The notes below the pieces were generated by a model. The model was not told the DNA's origin and did not search any database. It saw nothing but the letters and a program-made list of their open reading frames with translations. Below, one piece after another: positions 1-12,891 of a stretch of DNA of 64,000 bases. The translations under genes were made by a program, and so were the position numbers. Position 1 is the stretch's first letter; every line of letters starts with the position of its first letter. The stretch is from assembly GCF_022539665.2 (NCBI RefSeq), contig NC_081334.1:248001-312000 (forward strand). Reading direction: 5' to 3'. This DNA comes from Daphnia carinata (Eukaryota).

Positions 1-1385
1 CCACCTCTTCGGGGTCACTTTCGGTAAAGTAATCACCGTCGACGACAACGGCGCGGATCTCGTACAGTTGATTGGGTTCCAGGCCGCGTAAAATGGTGAA
101 ATTTTCGTCAAACTCATCTTCGCTTTTAATGTAGATGGTCTCGCCCTTGCGTCTGAACTGGACGAAACAGTGAGATCCCGGTTGGCCATCGACATTCGGA
201 TGCCAGACGACTTTGATGGCCGCCATACCGTTGTCCAACGTAACTTGGTTCCATGTGAATTGAGGCTGATCGGGTGGATAGGAATTGCCATTGCGAGTGC
301 TCCTTTCAATGTAACTTTGGAAATGCACAAAAACATTAGCCATCTCCATTTTCTTTTAAATTTTTTTTTTCAAAAAATGAACTTACTCTTCACCCTCGCC
401 AGCGATAGTCATAGCTTTAATGTGAAGGCGGTATTTCGTGTTGGGTTCGAGACCGGCCAATTTGGCTCGCGTCTGCGTCGGGTCTCGGATTGGCGGTTCC
501 CTATCGATCTGGGGTTCAATTTTCGTGCCTTCTACTTTCTCGTAAAAAATCTTATAACCACGCAGATTGCCGTTGGGTTCTTCAGGTTGCTTCCAGATCA
601 AATAGAAAGCTGAGGAACCAAGGGGAGCAGCTTCAAAATAGTCCACTGGTCCAGGCCCTAGAAAACAAATGAATTTTTCTGTTGTTTACATTCGTGCGAT
701 TGTCAGGTCATTCAAAACGTGATAAAGAAAAAGAAACATACTTTCTTCGGGCGTCTTGAATGAAAGAATGTCACTGGCCGGACCTCGGTAAGCCGAGTTA
801 ATGACGTGTACGAGATTGACCGTATGCGGCCAAATGACCAACTTGTTGACGAACGCCTTCGATGCGTTGCTGATCATTTCACGAGCCCGAATTTCTCCTT
901 CCTTCTCTGTCCACGTTTCGATTTTCTAACCTTTGAAGTGACCTATGTAAAAAAAAAAAAAAAAAAAAATCGATAGAAAAAAAAGCTTGTTAGTATTTTT
1001 TTAAAAAATGACCCTTAGGGAGCGATTAGTTTTTTACCTTGCACAGAGTCCGTGTTGACTGGATTCCACGAAAGGATGGCGCTTTGTTCGTCAATAATTT
1101 GGTTCAACGTGAAATTGGACGGTGCCTCTCCAGCTCTTCTCCAGAGTACCCGGTATCTTCTTGAGCTGCCACGTTGGCTTCACCAACCTGATTGAACGCC
1201 ACGACTGGAAATACAAAAGAGAGAGAAAGAGTTTGAACGACATCCAATTTTTCAATGAATAAATAAATGAATTTTACCTTTGATACGATAGCGTTTGAAA
1301 GTGGGTTGATTCGGTATGAGGATGGATAACTGTTTCCAGTCGGAAATCATATCGATGTTCCAGTCTTCTCCAGGTATGATAGGCT
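1..1385 (-). pseudogene. Nrg: Neuroglian (L1-family CAM) 3' part, FN3 repeats 2-5; disrupted, runs off the window start
   Basis: Exons ~1278-1385, 1038-1204, 742-942, ~386-658 and 1-314 with GT-AG ends. They translate IPGEDWNIDMISDWKQ..QPTFKRYRIKVVAFN..GYSGE..GHFKG*KIETWTE..PLGSSAFYLIWKQPEEPNGNLRGYKI..GQPGSHCFVQFR, matching Nrg FN3 domains as recalled. In-frame TAG at 928-926, frameshift near 1130, and the segment starts mid-exon. Confidence 0.9.
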
Positions 1386-2070
1386 ATGCTAGTGGGTAAA
1401 TGTTCCACAGACAGACATTCGTTTGTTGAGTTGGAAGGTTGAAGTGTGTCTAGCAACTTCAGGTTCTCATTGTGTGTCATTTCTAGTTGTATTTTATCTT
1501 TGTGATCGTCATTTTGCAAAGTGTTAATAACTGTTGATCCTATTAAGAATATCTCCTATTTCCATTGATCGTAGGGAACAGCAAAGCTGATCAGAGATGT
1601 CGGATTTAAAGAATGATCTACTCATGACTGAACAATTCAGCTGTACGCCTCCTCCTCCACACAACGAGAAACTGAATTGACAGGTTAGTTTTTTGGTTTT
1701 CATCGTTTCGTGGTGCAATTTAACAAAGCTTAGCGAGCGACTAGTTACGTGTTTAAACTCTGGGCTGCCAATTTTGAGGCAGAAAGACATAGTGCAAGTA
1801 AGACGTTCCACACACATGTTATCAAAGTTCGTGCTTCTAACTGTTTCGTAAAACGAGGCGTTGGCCTCATTGTAGCCCCTGCAATCACTAATGGTCTTTA
1901 GAATATATGTTATCTGCCTACACGATTCGGCATCGTATCGTGGGTTAATTTCTTTGTTTTTCCTTAGTTATTCGAGAACAGGTAAAAGTTAAATTTGCCA
2001 ATCAGCGCTTGTTATTAATCACATTGATGTCATGGCGTAGAATTGTTTTGTCCTATTGTGTCAATACATA

Positions 2071-2137
2071 GCATTGATGGTTCAATTGTAGAATGGGTGC
2101 CTCCCATGCACGTGATCCGGTTCGATTCCCGGCCAAT
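2071..2137 (+). pseudogene. tRNA-Gly-like pseudogene (CCC in the anticodon loop), 3' end cut by the Helitron array
   Basis: GCATTGATGGTTCAATTGTAGAAT..GTGC-CTCCCAT-GCAC..GGTTCGATTCCCGGCCAAT closely resembles eukaryotic tRNA-Gly. The final GCA is replaced by the Helitron 5' end. Confidence 0.7.
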
Positions 2138-5100
2138 CTATACTCTATAAAAAAACAAGGAAATTGGAGGTGGAGCCCGTCACGCTGTGCATTTGTCGTG
2201 ATTGGCTGGCGTCAAAACCGCCGCTTGCTTCTGTGATTGGCTGGCGCCAAAACCGCCGTCTGCTACAGCTAATTGGTGGGATGAGCATTTGGAAAACTAA
2301 ACTGCAGGTGGAATTGCGGATTTGGGCAATTTTTCAGTCTATGGGCTTTGCGTTAACGGGTGGGCAACGGCACATAAAGCTGACGGGCAGGGCGTATTAT
2401 TCTTATTTTATTTTAATTAATTTTAAATTTATTTTATTTTATTAGTTTTATTTATTATTTTTATTGGCCACTACAAGGCGTTTTGGCGGGCAGAGAGTGG
2501 TACGACGGGCAACAACGGCGAGTTTCCTGGCGATCAAAGTGGGTTGACGGGCAGAGGCAAAAAGTGAGTGGACAGGCAACTAAACGGGCCTTTTGATGGA
2601 CAGAAACTGTACAATAGGTCGGGAAAATGCAATTTTTTATTCTGCGGGCTTGGCTTAAAACTGGTGGGCGCTACAATAGGTAAGCCGACGGGCAGAAATT
2701 GTACGGTGGAAGACGGGCAACTACAGCGGCTTTTTGGTGGGCAAGGGGGTTGACGGGCAGAGAATATTCGAGAAAAGACGGGCAGAGGGAAAACGTGGGT
2801 GGACGGCAACTACAGCGGACGTTTTTTGGGCTGAGACTGCAAGGGAAAGACGGGCAAAAGCAAATGAAAATGTCAATGCGCCACTATAGCATTCGTTTTG
2901 GCGGGTAGCGAGTGGGGTGACGGGCAGAGATGGGATCGAGGGGCAGCGAGTGGGTCGACGGGCAGCGAGGGGGTCGACGAGCAGCGAAGGGGTCGACGGG
3001 CAGTTAGGGGTTCGACGGGCAGCGAGTGGGTCGACGGGCAGTTAGGGGGCCGACGAGCAGTGAGAGGGTCAACGGGCAGCGAGTGGGTCGACGGGCACTC
3101 AGGGGACCGACAGACAGTGAGAGGGTCGACGGGTAGTAAGAGGGTCGACGGGCAGTTAGAAGGTCGACCGGCAATAACAGCGGGCTTCTTAGCGGGCAGA
3201 AGCAAAAAATGAGTGAACGGACAACTATAGCGGGGGTTTGGACAGGCCGAGACTGTGACGAAAGGGTGGGCAAATGCAAAAAAGGTAGATGTCCCCCAGC
3301 AGGCATTTTTGTGGGCACAATGTGAGTTGACGGGCAGAGTGTGGGTTAACGGGCAGAGAGGGGGTCGACGGGCAAAGAGTGGTTTGACGGGCAAAGAGTG
3401 GTTTGACGGGCAGAGAGGGGGTCGACGGATAACTTCAGCTGGGTTCGTGGCCGGCAGAAAAGTCAGGTGATGGACGGGCAGAAACAGGGAGTGGATCGGC
3501 GGGCAAGAAAGGGAAACTCCTAATTTGTAATAGGAATTAGTGGTAGACGGGAAAAACAATAAATGTGGATCGATTGTCTTAAAAATAGCGTTAATTACGC
3601 TAGCGCCACCTATACCCCGGCCCTGGACGGGCCCAAAGTTACTAGTCTATACTCTATAAAAAAACAAGGAAATTGGAGGTGGAGCCTGTGTCTGTGACTT
3701 TGTGCTTTTGTTTTGATTGGCTGGCATCAAAACCGCCATCGGCTGCTGTGATTGGCTGGCGCCAAAACCGCCGTCTGCTACAGTGAATTGGTGGAATGGG
3801 GATTTGGAAAACTAAACTGCGGGTAGAGTTGCGGATTTAGGCAATTTTTCAATCTACGGGCTTTGCGTAAATGGCACGTAAGCTGACGGGCAGGGCATTT
3901 TATTATTATTATTCTAATTAATTTTTAATTAATTAAATTTTATTTTATTAGTTTTATATATTATTTTTATTGGCCACTACGGCAGGCGTTTTGGCGGGCA
4001 AAGAGGAGGGTCGTTGGGCAACAACGGCGAGTTCTTGGCGAGCAAAGTGGGTTGACGGGCAGAGGCAAAAAGTGAGTGGACAGGCAACTAAACGGGCCTT
4101 TTGAGGGGCAGAGACTGTACAATAAGTCGGATAAATACAATTTTTTTGTCTACGAGCTTAAAACGAGTGGGCGCTACAGTAGGTAAGTCGACGGGCAACT
4201 ACAGCATGTTTTTTTGGTGGGCAAAGGGGGTTGACGGGCATAGACTATTCGAGAAAAGACGGGCAGAGGGAAAAAGTGGTTGGACGGCAACTACAGCGGG
4301 CGTTTTCTGGGCTAGGACTGCGAGGGAAAGACGGGCAAAAGCAAATGGAAAAGTCAATGGGCCACTATAGCAGTCGTTTTGGCGGGCAGCGAGTGGGGTG
4401 ACGGGCAGAGAGGGGATCGACGGGCAGCGAGTGGGCTGAGGGGCAGCGAGTGGTTCGATGGCAGCGAGTGGGCCGACGGTAAGCGCGTGGGCCGACGGGC
4501 AGATGAGTGGGTCGACGGGCAGAGATTGGGTCGACGGGCAACAACAGCCAGTTTCTTAGTGGGCAAAGGGGGTTGACGGGCATAGACTATTCGAGAAAAG
4601 ACGGGCAGAGGGAAAAAGTGGTTGGACGGCAACTACAGCGGGCGTTTTCTGGGCTAGGACTACGAAGGAAAGACGGGCAAAAGCAAATGGAAAAGTCAAT
4701 GGGCCACTATAGCAGGCGTTTTGGCGGGCAGCGAGTGGGGTGACGGGCAGAGAGGGGATCGACGGGCAGCGAGTGGGCTGAGGGGCAGCGAGTGGCTCGA
4801 TGGGCAGCGAGTGGGTCGACGGTAAGCGCGTGGGCGGACGGGCAGATGAGTGGGTCGACGGGCAGCGAATGGGCCAACGGTCAGCAGGTGGGTCGACGGG
4901 CAGTGAGAGGGTCGCCGGCAAAGAGGGGGCCGACGGGCAGCGAGTGGGTCGACGGGCAGCGAGTGAGTCGACGGGCAGCGAGTGGGTCGGCGGGCAGTTA
5001 GAGGGCCGACGGGCAGTTAGAGGGTCGACGGGCAATAACAGCGGGCTTATTAGCGGGCAGAAGCAAAAAATGAGTGGACGGACAACTATAGCGGGGGTTT

Positions 5101-7295
5101 TGACGGGCCAAGACTGTGACGAAAGGGTGGGGAAAAAAAGGTAGATATCCCCAGCAAGCATTTTCGCGGGCACAATGTGAGTTGACGGGCAGAATGTGGG
5201 TTGATGGGCAGAGAGGGGGTCGACGGCCAAAGAGTGACGGGCAGGGCGTTTTATTATAATTATTCTAATTTTATTAATTTTATTAGTTTTATTTATTATT
5301 TTTATTGGCCACTACGGCAGGCGTTTTGGCGGGCAGAGAGGGGGTCGACGGGCAACAACGGCGGGTTTCTTGGCGAGCAAAGTGGGTTGAAGGACAGAGG
5401 CAAGAAGTAAGTGGAGAGGCAATTAAAGCAGGTCAATTGACGGGCAGAGACTGTACAATAGGACGGATAAATGCAATTTTTTAGTCTACGGACTTGGTTT
5501 AAAACGGGTGGGGCAAATGGAAAAAATGTAGGTGGGCCTCTAAAGCAGGCGTTTTGGCGGGCAGATAGTGGGTTGACCGGCAGAGAGAGGGTTAACGGGC
5601 AGAGAGTGGGTTGACGGGCAGAGGGTGGTTTGACGGACAGAGAGGGGGTCGACGGGCAACTTCAGCTGGTATCTTGACGGGCAGAGAATGTGAGGGGGTG
5701 GACGGGGAAAATCAATGAATGGGTTGGCGGGTAAGACAGGGGAACCCTTGATTGCGAAAAAAATTAAAAGTAGACGGCGAAAAAATGGAGTGGAATAATT
5801 TTCTCGGAAACAGCGTAAGGATACGCTAGCGTTACCTATACCCCGGCCCTGGACGGGCCCAACGTTACTAGGACGTATAAATGCAATTTTTTAGTATTGG
5901 TTTAAAACCGGTGGGCGCTACAATAGGTAATCCGACGGGCAGAGACTGTACGGTGGAAGACAAGCAACTACAGCGGGTTTTTTGGTGGGCAAAGGGGGTT
6001 GACGGGCAGAGGCTATTCAAGAAAAGATAGGCAGAGGGAAAATATGGGTGGACGGGCAACTACAGCGGGCGTTTTCCTGGCTGAGACTATGAGGGAAAGA
6101 TGGGCAAAAGCAAATGAAAAGGTGAATGGGCAACTATAGCAGTCGTTTTGGCGGGCAGCAAGTGGGCCAACGGGCAGCGAGTGAGTCGACGGGCAGAGAA
6201 GGGGCCCACGCGAGTGGGCGATTGGAAGAGAGGGGGCCAACGGGCAGTGAGGGAGCTGATGGGCAGTGAGGGGGCCGACGGGCAGCGAGTGGGTCGACGG
6301 GCAGAAAGGGGGCTGACGGGCAGTGAGGGGCCGACGGGCCGAGAGTGGGTCGACTGGCCGAGAGTGGGCCGACGGGCAGAGAGTGGGTCGACGGGCAACA
6401 ACAGCGAATTTCTTGGTGGGCAAAGTGGGTTGACGGGCGAGGAAAGGCGGGCAGAGGCAACAAGTGGGTGAACGGGCAATTATAGCGGACGTTTGACGGA
6501 CGGCGACTGGACAAAAGGACGGGCAAATGGAAAAAATGTAGATGCGCCTCTAAAGCAGGCGTTTTGGCGGACAGTTAGTGGGTTGACGGGCAGAGAGTGG
6601 GTTAACGGGCAGAGAATGGGTTGACGGGCAGTGGGTGGTTTGACGGGCAGAGAAAGTGAGGGGGTGGACGGGCAGAATCAATGAGTGGGTTGGCGGGTAA
6701 GACAGGGGAACCCTTGATTGCCAAAAAAATTAAAAGTAGATGGGCGAAAAAATGGAGTGGAATCATTTTCTTAGAAATAGCGTAAGGATACGCTAGCGCC
6801 ACCTATACCCCGGCCCTGGACGGGCCCAACGTTACTAGTCTATACTCTATAAAACAACAAGGAAATTGGAGGTGGAGCCTGTCACGCTGTGCATTTGTTG
6901 TAATTGGCTGGCGTCAAAACCGCCGTCTGCTATAGTGAATTGGTGGGATGGGCATTTGGAAGACTACACTGCGGGTGAAATTGCGGAATCGGGTAATTTT
7001 CCAGTCTACGGGCTTGGCGGTCAACGGCACGTAAGCTGACGGGCAGGGCATTTTATTATTATTATTCTAATTAATTTTATTAATTTTATTAGTTTTATTT
7101 ATTATTTTTATTGGCCACTACGGCAGGCGTTTTGGCGGGCAGAGAGGGGGTCGACGGGCAACAACGGCGGGTTTCTTGGGAAGCAAAGTGGGTTGAAGGA
7201 CAGAGGCAAGAAATAAGTGGGCAGGCAACTAAAACGGGTCTTTTGACGGGCAGAGACTGTACAATAGGACGGATAAATGCAATTTTTTAGTCTAG
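2137..7295 (+). mobile_element. Head-to-tail array of non-autonomous Helitrons (about 4 units) with internal G-rich minisatellite
   Basis: 5' ends TCTATACTCTATAAAA at 2137, 3646 and 6839. 3' ends GGCCC-TGGAC-GGGCC hairpin followed by CTAG at 3642-3645, 5868-5871 and 6835-6838. The first end follows an A and no TSD is seen. Interior dominated by GGGTCGACGGGCAG variants; no Rep/Hel ORF. Confidence 0.85.
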
Positions 7296-7974
7296 AAAGG
7301 TAAAAGTTATTATTTTGCCTTTTATTATTTTACTTTTTAAAAGGTAAAATAATAACTCAAAAACCTTTCGAATCATTATCTTTTATCCATAATCATATGT
7401 TTTTATGAATCTCTAGAAAATTCCGTCATTTCACAGCCAAATTTGTTTTCTTTTGGTGAAATTGCGGATTCAATAATATGCTGAAAGATTTTGCTACTTA
7501 ACGCTACCAATAAATCGAAAATTTAATTACTTACGCATCTTTAGTATTTAAATTAACTATTCATTTTCTGGGATGTTGTAGTTCTGTTTAATACCCATTA
7601 TTTCCAATTAGTTAGATTATCTGAGGTTACAAAACAATAAAAAACTAACTAAAAGCTGCCATAATGGCGAATAAATTTTGAATTTTTACTCAAAAAGCCT
7701 CTCGTTCGGCTATTTATCGTAATTAGAAAGCATAACTTTTCCGAAATAATGTAGATCTCTTATGTAGCTATGTTTTTATAAAATTGGAATTAATTTATAT
7801 TAGTATTTTTATATGCAAATTCAAAGCTTAATGGCTAAAGTAGCGTTTCAAATTTCCGACCTTGAAGGCGTCCATTATTGCCGCCAGTCGATATTGCCTG
7901 GGGCTACTTGACCAAAATTGGCCAATAGAAAAAAAGTGTAGTCACCCCAGCAGACGAAATTTAAATGTCAAAAC

Positions 7975-8432
7975 CAGAGTCATAGAGAGTATGGTACATG
8001 ATCTCCATGTTAAAATTTCCATAAGGGAATTTCCCCAAGACACACGATGTGCCGTGCAAAAAACACTGCCCTCTAGTGGCAGAATTGTAAACTGTACATG
8101 ATTAACCTTATTGTAATTAGAATTACAATGAGGAAAAATGCATCTTTTCCTGTTTTTCTTGGGCATTTTACTCACACAGCCCCCTACCTTATTTGGAAAC
8201 AATGTGCTTTCTGGGTTTTTACAATGGCGGAATGAGAATTTCATTATTCAGTTAAACATGTAGTGCGTAGGTGGCAGGGTTTTTTGCACGGGGACCGGTT
8301 TTCATTGGCTCTTAAGCGGGTGGGGTGGTTGGAGGGTGGTTGGGAGGAATCGTCAAACTCGAGGACACTTTCGAGAAATTCCTTATGGCAGTTATAACAT
8401 GGAGATCATCTACCATATTCTCTATGACTCTG
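7975..8432 (-). mobile_element. Internally deleted P-element-like transposon with THAP-like N-terminal remnant
   Basis: ~58-bp imperfect TIRs (CAGAGTCATAGAGA..TCTCTATGACTCTG) and an 8-bp TSD GTCAAAAC/GTCAAAGC. The minus strand encodes MPKKNRKRCIFPHCNSNYNKVNHVQFTILP, a THAP-type Cx4C...F..P start. Confidence 0.75.
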
Positions 8433-8594
8433 GTCAAAGCCGGTGTGTAAGCGATTTAGCGCAAGAAAAAAAAGTGCTTTGGTTAGAAGGGGCTTCGTAA
8501 AACCATTGGCTTAAGCCAACTGTTTGGCTCAATGCGAGAGCCAAACGGTTGGCTAGGAGACGGAGACCAAGTTGGTTAAAACAGTAAACTACGA

Positions 8595-9024
8595 CCGAAC
8601 AAAAACAGAATTCTCAGTTGGATCGTGTATACTGCTGTTTTCTTTAAGATAATTAAACCAAAACACTTTCCCGGAATTTTCCAAAGTTTTCTGGTGCCCT
8701 AAATACTTTTCTTAGATATTAATTCTCTTTAACAGATTATCAATTCAAAACAGATTTCAAATCAATAGAACGGATTTTCCAGGGGATGTCCTAATGGCGT
8801 TTATTAATAATTAGATTCATAAACGTACGGGACATAAGGAACGATGGGCGTTAAGGAAAAAACAAGAATAACATTGTGGACAGCACGTGAAAAAGCATTT
8901 CAAACATTGCCTACCTCCTGTCCAAAAACAAGATCACCTCATGAATTCTAATTACTTAGACGTTGCCTCATGAAAACATTGTGTCACAATTAACTGTGGT
9001 CGAAGTAATGATTCATTTTCTCTT
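8595..9024 (+). repeat. Duplicated non-coding flank shared with ~30880-31304
   Basis: Near-identical sequence (CGAACAAAAA.AGAATTCTCAGTTGGAT...GATTCATTTTCT) directly precedes both plus-strand neuroglian copies. Confidence 0.9.
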
Positions 9025-9732
9025 GAGGCCGGAGGTGGCGGCTCGCCTGCCCCCGAAATCAAGTGGATCCACAATGGCAAACCGATCGAAGAGACGGCCG
9101 TAAACCTGCGCCGCAAAGTTTTTCCCAATCGCATCGTCATCGAGCGGCTGCTGAAGGGCGAAACACGGCAACTACGATGCAAAGCCACCAACAGCATCGG
9201 CTACGTCTACGAGGATGTCTACTTGAACGTGTTGGCGTTGGCGCCCGTCATCGAAAACGCACCGGACGACACGGCCACCGTCGACGGATCGGCCGTCAAT
9301 CTGACGTGCGAAGTCTTTGGCTTGCCCAAACCGCGCGTCAAATGGATCCGCGACGGGTTGGAATTGACGTGCGGCCGCTATCGCGTTATGGACAGCGGTG
9401 ATCTGGAAATTAGGTATACCGCCTTTTGTTTTGGTTTTTAAAGATAAGTTTACGTCCTATCGTGGCGCTTTTTTTGAACGGAAGAAAACGATATTCAAAT
9501 TGTATTGTGAGGCCAGCTACTTTTGACGTCCTCTTCCCCCCTCTTCTTTTCCAACCGCATTTTTCGCTTCCGGTCTAAACAGCTGGGCTATTGTTTAAGA
9601 AATGGTCCAATAATTCGGGCGTGTTGCGTATCAATCTGCACGTTTTTCTCACTCTGCATCGTATACTTTATTAATAGAATTTATTTTTCATATTCTTTTC
9701 TTAGGGATGTGACCTTTACAGACGCTGGTGTA

Positions 9733-12091
9733 CACTGTTAGTTTTAGTTAGCGGTTTTCGTACGGAAAAATAGTCTGAAACCGGCGGACACGGGACGCAT
9801 GATTTTACCGACGAAAGCCGACGGTACTTTTCTGAAAACGAAAATCGTCGGGTTTTTTCAAACGATTTTCGGTAAGTTGCTTTTACGAAAATCGTTATAA
9901 AATACAACCGAAATTGACCCATATAATAATTTTTATTTGCACTTAAAAATGCACCCATAACCTCAATGGATGTAAAATAAAAAAGAATAGAGAATTGTTG
10001 TGGAAACAACCAGGTTTATTATCCGATAACATTCAGCAAGAAATCGATCACCAAAATAACAACAACCCATTTTAATGTGCCAGTATCAGGTGCAATAGTA
10101 TGTTCGGCAATGGCAAGCCCTAGAACTCCCGTTACTGCTTGTAGATGTAAATGATTTAACCGCTTCTTCGATTTTAGTTTGTTGTCGACAGATATACCAA
10201 AGCACCTTGGTAGACTAAATGTTTTTCTGACTATTTGTCGATGAATTTTTGAAGCAAATTCAAGACCTGAAACTATAATAACTTAATATTCAATATGATT
10301 TATGATAAAGTATAATACTTACTTGATTGTTGTTTGGCTTGTACTTGCCTTGGAACCACTTCAATAACACCCTGTTTACTAGTTCCACCTAACAAAGACT
10401 CTGCTTGTTGGAAATTGACGTCTTCCTCTGCGATCACTAGACCTGGCTGTAATCTTTCATTGATGTGTGTTCCTTGTGTAAGGTGACTCACTTCATATGC
10501 TTTTACAATAATAAAATATAAGAAGGAACGCATAGCAAATATAAAATTTGTCTATCGTTGAAAATACCTGCACATGACCCTAGAAAATTGGAATCACTTT
10601 CTATCAGAGATGTTGTAGCACGAACAGTGAAAGTGGTGTTCTCACTTATTGTCAATTGTTCTTCTGCACCCTCTCGTGCCCTTGTGTTCCTCTTAGTGGA
10701 AGCTGTTCTAAGAAAAATGTTCAATGTCATGCCATTTGACAATAACTAAAATTAACTTACAAATATCTAGATGTAAATCCTGGTAGATTACTCTTGAACA
10801 GCTAGGCTTTGTCATGCATTGCAATGTGCACATATTTTTTACTGGTGAGTGGTCACCCAAAGTCACCCATCGACCTGGGAATTTCTCACTTTGCTTTTTA
10901 AAGACGAAGTCTGCACACTGGGACACATGACTAAATCTGCTTGATTTAGCTTTGAAATACGTCAAATCACTTGTAGATCAAAAGTGGACGAAGTACTGAT
11001 GAATTCCAATTGGTATTCTTCTTTCCCATCGAATTCGACTATAATGGTTTTAGTAACCTCTTCCATATTCTTAAGGAAACAAAACAAAATATAAGAGAAC
11101 CCTTAAAAAACAAAAAAAGAACAGAATAATGGAAAAGAAACAGGTATTTTCAGACAAACATAAATGTTACTTACCAAATTACGCACTATATCGTTTTTCC
11201 ATGAGCTATACAATAAAAACAACTCCTGTCCCGTTTAAAGAAGATGAAACCATCTCCCAGTGCTGCCAATGTTTAGAGAACTATTAAACTGTTTTCGATT
11301 GCCAATTATTATAACGGGTTGTGAGCTGCCTTCAAAGATCATTAGGATATGAAATTGATTGTTTAATTTAACTTATACCAAACTTGTATTTCCTATAAAT
11401 GTAAGAATTATTGAACATCCAATTTCAGACGTGTAAATTGCTAAGACAATGGGAGGGCGGGGGGGATTAGCTGACGATACTATTTCATTGTTCAGAGTGA
11501 AAAAAAGAGATATATTTTGAAAACAAATCCGTAACTGTAACATTTCAGTTGTTGTATGCCTTTTATTACTATTAATAGGCACTAAATATTTATCGATTTT
11601 GATCAATAAGTACAAAATATATGATTCTACCAGAAAATATCAGCATTAAAAAATACCGTTTGTTTAAAAAAAAAATTGTTTGAAGTTCTTGACCTTTTGC
11701 TAAGTTTATTTAGGAAACTTTACTTTATCATTTTCCAGGAGGATTTTAGAATGATATGGCCCTTTACGTTGTCAAAATAGTCAAGTAAAACAAATGTTAA
11801 AAAAATTTTAAGCTTTCACTTCGATAAAGGATGCTGTTTAGTCTTCTTTGCCAATGTATGACTGTAGGGTTATAATGCGGAAATCGGTTACAAATGCCGT
11901 ATTTCACACAAAAAAACCGACGAAAACCATTAACCAAATGCTCCTTTGCGGAAATCACTCGCGGTAACGTTTTTCGTTGGTTTTTAACGAACGAAAAGCG
12001 TTAACCAGAGACTACCTTTGCGAAAATCGCAAACACCGCTCGATAGTAGTTGCCCCTAACCGACGAAAGGCGTAAACCGAAATTAACAGTG
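9733..12091. mobile_element. Non-autonomous CACTA/EnSpm-type (CACTG) element inserted in a neuroglian exon
   Basis: Termini CACTGTTA...TAACAGTG with 3-bp TSD GTA (9730-9732, 12092-12094). The empty site GCTGGTGTATATTCG is visible in copy B (~32003-32017). Subterminal CCGACGAAA-like repeats. Confidence 0.9.
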
Positions 12092-12891
12092 GTATATTCG
12101 TGTCACGCAACCAACACATTCGGGTCAGCCAATGCCAATGGAACTCTGATCGTGAAAGGTTAATTAGCTGCCCATTTCATGATTTTCTTCCATTGAGGGG
12201 AAACGAAAAATCTCACGTCTAAAATTCGCTGCATTTATTTATTAAGAGCGCACCGTCATCAGAGATGAACCTGAAGACTATGAAGTGGCTGCCGGGCAGA
12301 CGGCCACTTTCCGATGTAACGCGTAGCCGACTCGTCGCTGAACATGACGATCGAGTGACTCCACGCCGACCAGTTGATCGATTTTGAGCAAGAGCCACGC
12401 TTCGTCCAGTTGCAGGACTCGTCGCTGATCATCACGAAGACGACAGAGTTTTGGTATCCGGCAGTCGATGGCCACCGGGATCTCACTTTTTTGTCCAGTT
12501 CAGATGCAAGGGCAAGACCATCTACATTAAAAGCGAAGATGAGTTTGACGAAAATTTCATCATTTTACGCGACCTGGAACCCAATCAACTATACGAAATT
12601 TGCGCTTAATTTATTTTCAAATGTTCAGATGGACCTTATATACAATGATCATCCGCCGTAGCCTTTACCGCATGGTTTATCGGCATGATGCTGGCCCTTG
12701 CATTGTTGCTCTTGGTCTTGGTCCTCGTCTGCATCATTAAGCGAAACAGAGGTGGAAAATTTGGCGCCCATGAGAGGAAGGCCACTCACGGACGCAAGGA
12801 CTTCAACGAAGATGCTGGATTCCATGAATACTCTCAACCGTACGTTAGCGCAGCATATGATTTCTAACGCAGTTTCGAGTTCGTGATATAC

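Noticed and set aside
2534..6802. Many 60-230 aa ORFs on both strands
   Set aside because: They are by-products of the stop-poor GC-rich minisatellite in the Helitron units; no domain content.
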